Source of the DNA: Ylistrum balloti
Taxonomy: Eukaryota
Assembly: GCF_031769215.1 (NCBI RefSeq)
Contig: NW_026782685.1
Coordinates: 434,001-498,000 of the forward strand
Direction: 5' to 3'
Length of the DNA: 64,000 nucleotides
The notes beneath the pieces are model-generated. The model saw only the letters and a list, made by a program, of their open reading frames with translations, was not told where the DNA came from and ran no database searches. Positions 1 through 14,059 of the stretch are shown here, in pieces; position 1 is the first letter of the stretch; each line of letters begins with the position of its first letter. Position numbers and translations under genes: made by a program.

Positions 1-295
1 GTGTGATCCCTATCACAGTAGTATATATTAAACACGGGTAAAATTACAACAGCAAATATATATGTGTAGTGTAGATAGTATCAAAATAAATAGTCAGGGA
101 GAATGTTACGCCTCCACGACAATTTATTACTTCAACTCCGAATAACCTTGCTATTCTTTATTGCCATGGATAGCCGTAAACAACTACAAAACAGAAATAA
201 CAAATAATCACACATTAGAATTTACATATCTGACATTTCGACACACAGACAGAACCACGTGTTATGTTACGCTACAATTTTCAGCAAGCAAATTA

Positions 296-716
296 TCAAA
301 CACACAAACCTACACTGTCGTGGTATTCTGGATTGTGTATAGAACATCTCAGATGCCGTAAGGTAGAAGTGACTATCGTCCCAGACGTTTCATTGTCACT
401 TGGCATGCATACATTGTAGCTGGCAGACGACAACACATGTCTGCAAAACGTTATCAAAACGAAACCACATCCGATGGGTAAAACTAATGTCCGGACCAAA
501 ATACTGAACAAGAATCCCGGATTTAAGCGACTCTGGCGGCGTAACAGAGAATTATGAAGTAAAAGAGAATCAAGAATGTATTTTTGTATCTTATTTGGTT
601 TAATAGTTAAAGACTTTCTATCGATCAGTTACCTGTGCCTGCAGTTGTCTCTGGAGTCCTGCTGGATGACAACTTTTCCAGTTCTCTTTCAATCGATTCC
701 CATGTTTCAGAACCAG
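296..716 (-). other. Possible terminal two exons of an unidentified minus-strand gene (single-pass membrane-protein-like)
   Basis: An 84-bp segment (716-633) is flanked by a good acceptor (tttctatacag|) and donor (acag|gtaact) and is open in two frames. A 100-bp GT-AG intron (632-533) follows. The next segment encodes a hydrophobic stretch (SILVRTLVLPIGCGFVLITFC) and a tail containing NPEY. The splice phase is ambiguous and I recognise no homology. Confidence 0.3.
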
Positions 717-1123
717 CTGTATAGAAAACAGGTTTGTTTTATTGATTAACTGGCTTGAAAAACACTATGTTTAAAACAAGGCGATGCATAAACGAACGAT
801 GAGAATAAGTTTTCCTAGAATAACAGATAAGTTTAATTGAAAGGGATTAGGCCTCTGACATTTGTTTTGTTTTGATATCAAAGCTCAAACCGCACTTATT
901 TCAAACATGTTTTCAGGAATTTTGAGAATAATAATGGAATGTGAGGGTTGATATTTTATTACCATTATCATTGATTTTCAGATTTTAGTAATTTTGGAAC
1001 GAGCGGTAATGAAGTTGAGCAATTATGGATTTTTTGATACCAGAAAGGATGCTAAAATTGCATATTTATTATGATAGTATTTGACAGTAGATACTGCTTA
1101 AGTTTGTTTTATCTTATTGTAAA

Positions 1124-1300
1124 NNNNNNNNNNNNNNNNNNNNNNNNNNNNNNNNNNNNNNNNNNNNNNNNNNNNNNNNNNNNNNNNNNNNNNNNNNNNN
1201 NNNNNNNNNNNNNNNNNNNNNNNNNNNNNNNNNNNNNNNNNNNNNNNNNNNNNNNNNNNNNNNNNNNNNNNNNNNNNNNNNNNNNNNNNNNNNNNNNNNN
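1124..1300. other. Assembly gap (177 N)
   Basis: Run of N in the sequence. The two ORFs spanning it are artefacts. Confidence 0.99.
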
Positions 1301-2293
1301 AGTCAATAGATACATTGCAGATATATAAATTTGGAATAAAATGTTATTTTTGGACATGATGTCTATTTCTCATTGCACATTTTAATGTAGGAATTTCAAA
1401 ATATTTCATACCATGTTTAAACAATCATAAGAATCCGAGAGCCTTTGATGCTGGAAAAGAGACTCATTTGACCGGTTTTTGGCCGTTTTAATAAGCATAC
1501 CGACCAATCACTTTAATGGATGTAATATTTAGAGAGATATGCCATGAACATGTGTAGTTTTATCAAAATCAAACATAGTTGTTGTTATGTTTTTGCGGGT
1601 ATGTTATCCACAAACGGTGTAATGGCGAATATCAGAGGCTATGTTCGAACACCCTATTGAAATACCAAATATTAACTATGCTGTTGTGGTGTTTCTTTAT
1701 GGTTGAATGCAGAAGTCACAGCTCATTTCTAAAAACCAAATCGGGAAAAGACTGACTTAAAAATAACCGGTTATATGGTTTATTAAAGCATGGAGATGCA
1801 GGGATTACATATGATAGCAACTGAAAAATCGTAATTGATGTTTAATAACGTTGGATGTTTATTTTTTCCTTACCACGATTTGTTATAACTTCCTAAACAG
1901 TGCTGTACATTTAATACAATATAACAAAAAGGGAAATTGACAATTAAAAAAATTTGAATGTAGCGGGACACTTTTGTTAAACGACAGGACTATGACATAC
2001 ATCAGTCAAAACACACATGAGAGCAGAAAATACAACAGCTATTTTCCCATAGAAACGATCCATGTTTTTTATGACAGAGGTATAATCAGATTATATATAT
2101 TGGACTTACGATTTATAATTTTTCCATGCCTTCTTCCATCGCTTGATGCCATTTCCTTTGATTTTCAAAAACACATGTAAATGAAAAAATAATAGAATTA
2201 AAAATATAACAAAAGATGTCCGGTTGTAATGGGAGATATGAGAGGTAGCAAACAATGTACTTGTATCTCCATTCTATTTTTGTGTAGTATTTC

Positions 2294-3623
2294 CATTATT
2301 ATTATGACTGATAAAGATCAGAAAACACTGGCAGATAACCTTTACATTATTATTATGACTAATATAGATGAGAAAACACTGCCAGATTGCCTTTACATTG
2401 TTATTATGACTAATATAGATAAGAAAACACTGGCAGATAACCTTTACATTATTATTATGACTGATATAGATAAGAAAACACTGGCAGATAACCTTTACAT
2501 TATTATTATGACTGATATAGATAAGAAAACACTGGCAGATAACCTTTACAATATTATTATAACTGAAAGAGATCAGAAAACACTAGCAGATAACCTTTAC
2601 AATATTATTATGACTGATAGAGATCAGAAAACACTAGCAGATAACCTTTACATTATTATTATGACTGATAGAGATCAGAAAACACTAGCAGATAACCTTT
2701 ACATTATTATTATAACTGAAAGAGATCAGAAAACACTAGCAGATAACCTTTACATTATTATTATGACTGATAGAGATCAGAAAACACTGGCAGATAACCT
2801 TTACATTATTATTATGACTGATAGAGATCAGAAAACACTGGCAGATAACCTTTACATTATTATTATGACTGATAGAGATCAGAAAACACTAGCAGATAAC
2901 CTTTACATTATTATCATGACTGATAGAGATCAGAAAACACTGGCAGATAACCTTTACATTATTATTATGACTGATATAGATAAGAAAACACTGGCAGATT
3001 GCCTTTACATTGTTATTATGACTGATAAAGATCAGAAAACACTGGCAGATTGCTTTTACATTATTATTATGACTGATAGAGATCAGAAAACACTGGCAGA
3101 TAACCTTTACATTATTATTATGACTGATATAGATAAGAAAACACTGGCAGATAACCTTTACATTATTATTATGACTAATAAAGATCAGAAAACACTGGCA
3201 GATAACATTTACATTATTATTATGACTGATAAAGATCAGAAAACACTAGCAGATAACATTTACATTATTATTATGACTGATAAAGATCAGAAAACACTAG
3301 CAGATAACATTTACATTATTATTATGACTAATAAAGATCAGAAAACACTGGCAGATAACATTTACATTATTATTATGACTGATAAAGATCAGAAAACACT
3401 AGCAGATAACATTTACATTATTATTATGACTGATAAAGATCAGAAAACACTGGCAGATAACCTTTACATTATTATTATGACTAATAAAGATCAGAAAACA
3501 CTGGCAGATAACATTTACATTATTATTATGACTGATAGAGATCAGAAAACACTGGCAGATAACCTTTACATTATTATTATGACTGATAAAGATCAGAAAA
3601 CACTGGCAGATTGCCTTTACATT
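2294..3623 (+). repeat. 51-bp minisatellite, about 26 copies (a few 54-bp variants)
   Basis: The unit attatgactgataRagatcagaaaacactggcagataacctttacattatt repeats head to tail. It gives the 478-aa ORF 2229-3665 of (MTDRDQKTLADNLYIII)n. Confidence 0.97.
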
Positions 3624-4599
3624 TTAAAAGTTAATGAACTTTTAACAAATACCATAAAACAGTAGATAGACGGTTATAAATTGTAAGATTATTATTTTAC
3701 TGCCAAATACTCGAAATTTCGAGACACTAACTCAAAATTTCGAGATAAAATAAAACAACGTGGCCGGAATACGCTTCCGTAGCCAAATGACAAACACTGA
3801 ATGAATAACAGTGTATGAGATTGAAAAACAGACTACAATGACATTCCAAACCACTAACTCTTATAATTGAAAAGGCACTTCTGAAATATATGTTAAATTA
3901 TTGGAAAGGTTGTGATATGATAAAAATTCAGGTGTCAGGATTTCTACCGCATGATTCAACAATTAACCACTGGTTAAAAATACATAATACCTTAGTCAAT
4001 TGTTATGACCATAAAATGATATTACATAACAGAGTTTAGCATGAAGGTTTACTTTATAAATCAAATCAAAATGAAATGGTATGAAGTAATAGAATGACTA
4101 AAGTTATCTTTGTAGCAGAAAACAAAAGTGCCGACAAAGGGGTTTTAAACAACGTTCAATATACGTTTAGGTATTTCTAAAAGCGCGGTCCTTCGCCTGG
4201 AATACACGATATGATTGACTCTGTGGAAAACACAAACAAAAGTACTTATCTCTATGAAATAATAAACATATGATCATATTGAAATTATACAAGATGTTAC
4301 TTATGTAATAAAGTTACCAGGGCAAAACAATATATATTAACTATAAAACTAGTTCCAATCCATATAAACAGGATCGGTGTTTTTCTCTATAAAAAGAGAA
4401 TGATGAAGTATTTAATTCTGAAATATTTTATTTGCCAACAATACAGCTAGTTTTGTCATACCTCACAAACATTTAGCTTTAATATTCAGTAGTGATGGTA
4501 AATGGACAGACCATATAAATGATATTATGAGCAAGTCTATACTGAAGCTTATTGCATGAAAAATACGTCAAAATCAGGAAATATACAGAGAACGCAATA

Positions 4600-5420
4600 G
4601 TAATCATGATCGAGGTTCTGGTTAAAAATATCTTTGGTGGTAAGATCTCCCAGCAGACTATAGGCATACATATGGAGATTAACAGTGACTCTCTGATGGC
4701 TAACTTGTTTTTGTTATCATACAAGGCTGAATCGATTGCAGAACTTATCAAAACGGATAACAAAGACATTGAAAAGTCATTTTCTTTCACGTTCAGATAT
4801 ATTGATGGCGTCTTGTCTTTAAATAGTAAGAAATTCAATATACGACGTCCATCGTATACATCCACCAGACTCAGAAATAAAAGACACGACAAACTCTTCT
4901 ACAACGACCGCTTATCTCGTTCTATTCTTACAACGAAACCAACGTGAACAGACAGCTTTCACTGAGCTGTGTAATAAGCATGATGAATTGGTGTATTTTC
5001 CCTTTCTTGACAGCATTAACCCTGCGTATCTAACCTATGGTGTGTACATGTCACCATTGATTCATTATTCATTGTTTTGCTCCCATTGTCACGAGTTTCC
5101 TGCAAGAAAGCGTCAACTGACAGACAATTCGTAACACAGGGTTTCAAAAGATGCAGGTTAATGAAAATTATGGGGCAATTTTACGGTCGCCATAGTGATC
5201 TAATGGAGATATATTCACTTCTTTCTGTGTTATGAAGCTGGACGGGTTTGATGCTCGTTAGTATGCCTGTTGTTTTCGTTGTTGTATATATTGTTTTCAT
5301 TTGAGAACGTGACATTACTTGGCGGATGTCGTCGATGAAGCACAAGGCGCCTACTCTTCTGGTACATCTGGTCTTACTATCCATGTACTTTTTCAGGATA
5401 ACATTTGTACAAAATGTCTT
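4600..5420 (+). mobile_element. Decayed Penelope-like element (probably Naiad-type), RT C-terminal half plus 3' end
   Basis: The translation QQTIGIHMEINSDSLMANLFLLSY...SFTFRYIDGVLSLN matches the PLE RT motifs GIPMG...LADLFL...FRYIDD. Decayed FPFLD...YGVYMS follows, then the 3' motif gatgaagcacaaggcgcctactcttctggtacatctggtc shared with other copies in the window. Confidence 0.8.
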
Positions 5421-8400
5421 TCATATGTATTTCAAACTAATGTTGTCAGAGCTAAGAAAACTATTGTTTTCAGATTTATCATTCGGGTAGACAGACAACT
5501 TCATATCGTAATATCCTGCGCCCAAAAGACGAGCATGTTATGACAAACACGATTGTTTACATGGTAAATGCAAATACGTTAAGAGACAATATATCTTTGC
5601 TTCTTTTCAAATCTTCATTTTGTTACTAGTTCATCTCGGACTTCCATACTTTTGTTACAGCAATTCAACAGTTGCTGCTCACTACAACTAAATAGTGTTT
5701 TTACTGGTTTCTGTTTGATTCTGTGGTATAATTTCATTTTAAAGCAGTGCAATTGTGTTAAATTGGTGTTGCTTGTTTTTCAGAGATTGCTGATATGACC
5801 AAGAAGTTTAATGCTTTTACTGAATATGGCACATAGGTATAAGTATGTTTTTAGGGGATATTTTTATCAACATGAAATGCTTCTAGCCGTGCATTCCTTT
5901 ATCTGGTTTGTACCAAATGTACCGGTACGAATCTAAAGATCTCGTAATGGAACGTGCCGAACCGGTTCGGGTGGTTCCGTTTGATGAAGTGTACCAACTT
6001 GGGTCCAAGATGGTGGAACGAAAATGCTCTGTTATCTTGCATGTGCACTCTTTGTTAAAACAGAGACGGGAATTTGCTTCTTGAATTATATGGATAATAT
6101 TTATATGTAATAAAACTATTCAAATCTTAATTCAAACTTTGAAAAATCAAATGTTTGAAAATATATCATAATCGTCACAGTAAACAGTTATTCTGTTCAC
6201 TTTCAAGATAATTCAGTATTGATGCAATTAAACGGTGATGCATTTGATATTGTTTCACGTACATCAACATAACTAAGTTTTTGTTGTAACTTGCATGCAT
6301 ATTTCAGTCTAGACTTCGACAAATAAAGACCTTTACTGGACCTGTTTTCTGAATGAAAATGTATGAGAACCTGCTTAAGTTCGAGGTTGAGTAATTCTGC
6401 AGTTTTGGTAGGCCTATGTAGCCTACATTACTTTTGATTATGTTGATTAGGTTGTGTGTTTTCCTGTTTGTCGCTAGCCAGGTAAAAAATCATTCATTTG
6501 ACAACTATGAGAAAGGGAGATAGATATATCAGTTACGCCCATGGTGAATTATTGTCCTGTTGAACATTTACATTCTGAAATGCAAGAAGATTACAACACA
6601 AGTTCAGTGTAGCTGGAACATCTATTAATCCTTTTTCCTAGTTTTATTCGATTTTCCCCTTATATGGCTTAAATATTTACACAGTGTAGCAGTAAGAACA
6701 CTGCTGTCTTTGTTATGTACATTTATGCTGATTTATAATTAAACACAACTTGACTGCTTTTAATACATTAAAATACTAGTAATCTATAATGCTTTTCATG
6801 AATTAATTTGGTCACTTTTTATATACCAAAAGTAATTTTAAAAATATCATCATTATGGTTTTACTAATTCATTATTTTTGTCACCAGACTGAGGAAATCC
6901 CAATGAAGTAAGGTAAGACAGAATCCTGTACTTTTTGCTCTCAATCTACTGTAAAAATTATATACTTCAAGTATGGCAAGCTAAATTATACCTCATATAA
7001 TTTGGGTCAGGGTCACCAATGTTTCATAGATAAACTTGTCTGAGCATATATCATCACCTATTTTTGAAAGAAGAATACATGCAGTATATATTAGATCAAC
7101 AGTAATATGTGTTTGTGCAATACTAAGGGATTAAAAGTATGAGATAATGTTACTGTTATCTAGGAGGCATTCCATGACCTACTTATTTACAGAGAGATAA
7201 AACAGCTTGCTGTAACAGGACAAATACAATGTATATCATATATGTAAGTCTACCAAATAAGGAATATGAGAGTGGATTCAAAGGAAAAATAAAACCTTAA
7301 AAATTCTTTACATTTCTCACATGGTGGATCATTACAAGTAAGAAGGCACCTCAACCTCTGACTAGTAGCTGTATGGAAGCGAAGGACTTTTTTTTCAGCA
7401 GCTACTACAATACATGTGCATTGCTAATAAAAAGAAGATATTTTTGTTTCCATCAAATGAGTGTTGGTTTAAATTCCGACTTCTTTTTTCTGTTTGAAAA
7501 GTTAATTACGAACGTTTGGTTCGGATTAGTTCGATATTGGTAAGCCTACTTTCACTTTCCCGAACTGTCAAGCGCTGATTGGTATACTACGGAGTATATA
7601 TAAATGTAAGGCGAATGTGTTTTCTTCAATTATGCGATAGTTTCATGATATGTTAAACTTGTCGTGCATTTAAAAGCATTGTGTTTGATTAAGTTTAAAA
7701 ACAATCTGCATTAACGACAGCCATCTTTAAAAGCTCGCGTGAGGTTCAGTTGTGTATTATGAATGCAGCCCGGCCTTGGTGGTGTGTGATTACTGATGCA
7801 TGAGGCATGATTGGAAGTTGTACATGCTAGTTGACATATTTACCTTGTATAATTCTTTGGCTACCGGCGTGCTGATCAGAACCCCAAACAGTACCTGGGT
7901 TAATCTTAAAGAAGGAACAGTCCTACTACACAAAGACATGGACACGTGACCAAACAGAGTCACTGATTTCAGAATGTATTACGCTTATGACGTACATTTG
8001 TATATGAATTATCATTGGTTATGTCTGATATAGGAGACACAGCAATCTTTGGCTAGCTGATGTAGGAGACAAAGCAATCTTTGGCTAGCTTGTATAGAAT
8101 ATATGTCTACAAAAAGATATGATGTCAAAGTCGGTCATTGCAATCATTTTATCAATATTGCCAGGTACTAATATAACATAGCAGGAATACCTACCCACTC
8201 ATCATGATATAAAGTTTATATCGCCTGTACAGTGACGGGTATTCAGAGGTAAAATTAGTTTTACAAAACTATTGCATGGTGTGTGTAAGTCAGTTATTGA
8301 AAATGTGGCCATGATGCTGGTATTCTTTGAGCGGTGCATATTACGACTTAACGCAGTTGACATCAATATGCTCATAGAGTGCTGACAAGGACAACAGGGT

Positions 8401-9949
8401 GCTGGCATATGCAGGTAAACTGTATCAGATGTCAAGACAAGGCCGCTGCAGCGTATGCATTGGATCGTGACAGATTTAACGACGTGCGTTTGTAAACAAA
8501 ATGCAATGCTTGTGGATTAATATTACACCTATGTTATATTACATTCCATAACAGTTCTTTTTGACATTTTTTGTCTTAAAATAAGATTTTCCTAGGGGCC
8601 AAACACACTAATATTATTTATTATATGTTTGAAACATAGAAAAGCACGGCGATATTTATATAGCTGATTATAGCCATGTTATATAAACTTAAACCCCGGA
8701 TGGTAGGATATGGGAAGGGACATAACTCGTATTGTTTGGCACCCAAGTGACACGTGCAGGAGAATTGTGCGGGAAATGCTGTGTTGTGGTGTAGCTACAT
8801 GTTTACATGCATGAATGTCGTTGAGGGGATAGAGATCTGATGTCGTTCTGTACTGTGATATGCTGCAGCAAATGAATGATATTTCCCTTGTATTTTCATG
8901 AATTCATTTACATCTGATACAGTTAAACAAATAAAAAAGATAAAAAAGTTAGCGATACTGATTCCTCTCAATGGTGTTAATCATTTGTTCATTGTTTTAA
9001 ACAATAGTGTAAATAAAGCAAGCAACGCATGCATTTTCAGCCTGAACGATTAATACCTAATTTGCTTGTATAAATACTCACTTAGGCTTTTAATATTTGG
9101 AGTTTGGTAATAGTGGAACAAGCGGTAGTAAATTGGAATAATAATGGACTATCAATACCTGTATAGGCGCTCCAATTTTATATTTACTATGTTATTGAAT
9201 ATGTAGAAACTGTTTGGTCACGTTTTTAATTATTACAAACGTATTAGGAATGTCAAAAGGAAAAAATGCTGAGGGAAATTAACGGATGCAATACAGCTCT
9301 CTGTTATTTTCACACCGAATATATTGTAACCTTTAAACATGTTCGTTTTCCTCTGGCCATTTAAATACATGAGATTCAAAATTCATACCAGGTGAAATAA
9401 ATTTTGCCTGGAATCACTTTGAGGCATACATCTACACCCAAGACCAGCGCGCAATACCTCGCTATTGGAAGAGGGTTATATTTGCAATATTTCATGAATC
9501 GTTTCTTTACGATGATCAATGTATGATTATGAAATGAATACTTTTTTTATGGCATCACAAAACAAAATGAAATGAACATTAACAAAACGAAAAAAATGTC
9601 CCTGTGTTATTATACACAGACCCTCGCGCTGATAAAAACTATATTTCGATTTTTTTTTTCACACGTCATACCAAAATATATCAAGTAATCTGATTTCTTC
9701 GGAAGAGCTGCGAATGTTTGTTCGTTTTTTTGGTGTTTTCGAAAGCATGGATTACACAGGAACATTCTATGGAAGTCTCTTCATAGAAAACTGAACAGAA
9801 TGCGCAAATCAAGTGGCTTATACAGTTATACATAGGTGACCTATATAATAATATTAAGATGGCTCGATATTAATTTGTAAAGATTTCATAAATGGCTGTC
9901 TGCTATTCGAACTTAATATCATGATAGATAACTAACAGACGAAGGCTTT

Positions 9950-11100
9950 GTCACATGGATATTAAAGTAATTACTAGGGGGAAAATGGTATATCTAATGA
10001 AGTCCTGAAGTAACTCTGCTACACTCGTGTTTTCAGCAGGATCAGAGCAGTTTTGTACAGCGGTATGATTATTTGTTGGGATAGCATAAAAAAGGCAGAA
10101 AATTCTTGCATTAATGTTGATATAATTAATTAAAAGAGACACAAATAATATTTTCCCGTTGGGACGTTGATGCGTAATGCATTAAGGAACATTATAAGTT
10201 TTATTATGATTGCTGTTGTTATGTAGTGTTTATATGCTGACCTAGCAACACGATCGATATGGTTAACCAGCTACCACCACTGGAGAAATTGAGACCTGAA
10301 AGTATATACTGATATTGAGCAGATGGTAAAGCTACGTATTGTATGATTTTTGGTTTTGTCTGCATTGATTTCATTGACAATTTCTTTCGACTAAATTTCG
10401 GAAAAAATATGAAATCGTTATTCATGCTAGTTTCAATCTCACCAATTTTCAGTCTATTTACCGGTTCATTATTAAACAGTCTATGCTTAACATGTTTCCA
10501 TCAACATCGTTTACATATGTTAGAAATTAGAGAGGAACCAGGACTTACCCCTGTGGCACTCCAGCGTTTAGATAAAACGAGTTTGATTGATCTATGATAT
10601 CCTCTTTGTTTACTATCCAAGAATTGTTCTGTTTTATGGATCATAGAAGACATTACAACAGTGTTGTTGGTTATATTTGGAAAGTAATAAAGGAATATCA
10701 GAAAATGATGATTTGTATAAAATTAGATTTTAAATAATTTCCACTAAAGTTTCTGGTGATCTACACTGATATCACAGTTTAATACAGCTATTTATCATAC
10801 ACCTTGATCATTGCTGCTTTATGTAAATGATTAATACTATAGTCATACTTCGACATGGCTTCTCGTCTTAATTTGTCGCGGAGACGAATGTGACGTCTGA
10901 ACGCCGAATTAAACCAGGGCTTGTTCTTTAGGTGAATTGTATTTTTTTTAATAAAGTAGATATTGTTCTAGAAGTTTCATTAATGTTGATGTTAATATGG
11001 TTCACACAGCATTAACGTTTTCTGGCCTGTTAATCATATAGTCTACATTGCCCTTCAGGTAAGGTGTAAGAGTTGTACCTGCTGTTATATGAGAAATGGG
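9950..11100 (-). mobile_element. Heavily decayed CR1/L2-type LINE RT fragment
   Basis: The minus strand near 10500-10600 reads NAGVPQG*VLVPL*FLTYVNDV, the RT motif GVPQGSVLGPLLFLIYVND. A CDIS-like motif lies near 10760. There are many stops and frameshifts, and the boundaries are approximate. Confidence 0.6.
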
Positions 11101-12599
11101 TTTGTTTACTACTCATTGATTAAAGTTCAGCATTTACGTAGAGTTTTGCTTTGCTTCTTCTCAGGATAATGTGACCAGGCGGGACATCCTCCTGGGGGCC
11201 TTCCGTATTATGCTCCCATGTTGTAGCATTGTACAATCGACATCAGTTCTATAACAGGTTTACGTGTACATATTGCAGCCTCCCAGAAAACATTTTTAAC
11301 ATGTTTTCACCTTGCGTACATCGATGGGTTATCCTTTAGTGACCTTAGGACGTTAAATCAAACCAAGCATTTCAATAGAACAAAATGGTACGCTAAAATG
11401 AAGAAGATTTGCCTGGAAAATGTATATACATGGATGTATAAGTGGCTCTTTGGTCAGTAATGTGTTGTTTAAAACTGAACACATCAGAGATAGAAAAAGC
11501 TGTATTAATCAAGAGAGGGTTGATAATGATAGTGGATTATGGTTAGATTTTTTTATGTCCGTCAGCTCTATAGATTTGATGGAGTGCACTTAAATATAGA
11601 AGATATCATTCGTATCAGTTGCATCCATGTGTGCTTCAATGAAACGCAGAATAAGAATGCATACACATAGTCAAGTTTGTTTTATTGTACTAAGAATATT
11701 TTTAGGTTTAAGATATCAATACAGTTCTGCACGATAGAGAACGTTGCGAACTATATCTGAAATATTATATATCGTAGAGATTTCAAAAACAGTTCTGTTC
11801 ACACACGGTTAATGAGAGATATTAAGTCAAAACACGTGTTCATCAAATATGGACGTAGTGTGCTGTTTGACATTTTGCTTGCTCTTAATATTGCTTTTTG
11901 TTTTTTAAAGTCTTATCACCCAATGCCGATGAAGAACCTTATTGTAATTATGTGTGCAAGAATTGCTATATTTAATATATAAGTAAAAACTTACCAACAT
12001 TGTTCACAGTAAAAAAAAAAAGTCAAATAAAAGTAACGATTTAAAACAACATATTTTCTTTTTCACATCTATACAAAAGTAGCAAACATATATTTACCTG
12101 AAAGGAGAGGAGACATATGTTTGTTAACAAGAGTTATAGATTTATATGTAGGATGAATGGATGTACATTTGTGTGACAATTAAAACAATCCAATAAGCAC
12201 CTTCCTTTGTGATACGAAGGTACTATATGATGGTAGTGAGGTGGCTTGCATACATATATATAGCAAAGGATTAAAGGAGAAGCAACTGTCATCGTTGTAG
12301 TTAATTCAAAACGGAAAAAAAAACATATAAAACATAAAAAAATTAATAGGTTATAAAAAGGAGATTCGTTAAATGTCTAGTGAGCACAATACACAGCAAA
12401 CAATATTGTTTTAGTATTTCGCAGACTCGACCAACATCGAATGTGATTAGAGAAATATTGAGACGGTAACGGTTATTGTATTTATGCAGATCATATAGAG
12501 TACTAAAAACATCAAGAAAATACCACCGTGGCAACATCATCAAAATCCAATCACAATTTAAATAAAAACTGGCGCAAATTATGAAAAAAAGAAAGATCT

Positions 12600-12760
12600 A
12601 CACGGAGACTCTTGCACAAGTACAAGGCGAACACGTCCATATGCTCCGGAGGAGTAAACGCCTTCTGTTTCATCGAAGACGACATCCGCCATGTTAATCT
12701 TTTATGCGGACTCACTAATCTGTCTCCAGAAGATTCCAAAATAAATATTTTCAAACCGAA
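12600..12760 (-). mobile_element. Solo 3'-end fragment of the same PLE family
   Basis: The minus strand carries ggcggatgtcgtcttcgatgaaacagaaggcgtttactcctccggagcatatgg, homologous to 5321-5375. Confidence 0.6.
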
Positions 12761-14059
12761 CAGATTTTACAAGACTTAATATAATCAAAACTTGTTAAAG
12801 TTAAATTTGTTGAAAGTAGAACTGATGATGAAGAAGTCCGCTTTTTGTTCAAAGTATTTTAATCTTTTACATGAATCTATATTCAATATACATGTAAACT
12901 ATATACAATAACCATGCCTTTACCAATTTAAAGTTTAGATGTAGAGTTATTCTGGGCAAAAGCCATGGCGAGCGAGTTTCCTACAAATGGAAAGCTTAAC
13001 CCAGAACTCGTTCGGGCTCTTTGTGCGTTAAAATGTTAAATAGAAAATACTAAATAATGTGAATCACATAGTAAACCGTTACAACATGTACCAGGTACAT
13101 ATCATTCAAGAGTGCCTCGAGATGTATATGACATATTGACCAGTAATACTAAAGATGTTTTGATAGAACCCGTAGCTATGTTGGAAAGCAGTCATCAGCT
13201 ATATAGCCATAGGGACTTCACTTCTAATGAGAAATATATTAACTAGTCTTGTCAAATAAATCGAATAATTAAAAATTGCATAATACTGGCTCACTAATCC
13301 TTTCGATGATGAAAGTCCTATGGAATATCCATCAGATCCGAATGCGTTCATTGCTTAGTAGAAAGCCAGAGAGGTTGATTCTAAATCATTTGTTTTGATG
13401 TTTGATGGTAAAATGATAAAAAAGGTTCATGAAGTTAGGAGGAAATTAATTGTTTTGCGTTGAGGATGCACATGCAGTGGATGAGAGACAACAAAGTCTC
13501 CAATAGGAAGTTCAATCATTCAACAATGCCATAAGTATTTGTTTTAAGATAGATAAAATGATTTGTCTTTTGGAAAAATAATAATAAAAAAAGAATTATG
13601 TGCTTGACACCCTCAAAACATGAATTGCTACATCATCTCTAAATGTTAAAGGCTGGAAGAACAGAGCAAGTCATGTGAATAGGCAAACAATGTTAATGGT
13701 ATTAATTCTTAATACACATACTTCTGTCGATAATATGTTACAGAACTGATACATCTACTCATAACATGTCTCGACACTCAAAACAACCAAGATACGATAG
13801 GACAACATATCAATTACTCAATAATTAAATACGACATGATGGTAAAATAGAATTGATTTCCGATGGAAGAAGACAATAACGATCAAGACAAACATATTTA
13901 CTAATAATTATAACTAATTTACGCTTTGAGTCAAAGATTGCGTACTATCAACGAACGGCGAAAGAGGATATGGCTCTCGGAAATGATATCACATGAATTG
14001 AAATGCAAAAACGAATGTATAAAAACATCACAAAATATTAGCATTCAACATAATCATAA

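Noticed and set aside
1071-1357. ORFs of 85 and 82 aa
   Set aside because: They exist only by reading through the N gap.
840-1790. MITE-like sequence around the gap
   Set aside because: It resembles common bivalve non-autonomous repeats, but I could not establish TIRs or a TSD from this window.
2294-3623. CRISPR-like regular repeat
   Set aside because: The units are head to tail with no unique spacers, there are no cas genes and the context is eukaryotic. The same applies to the arrays at 33279, 48752, 55166 and 60635.
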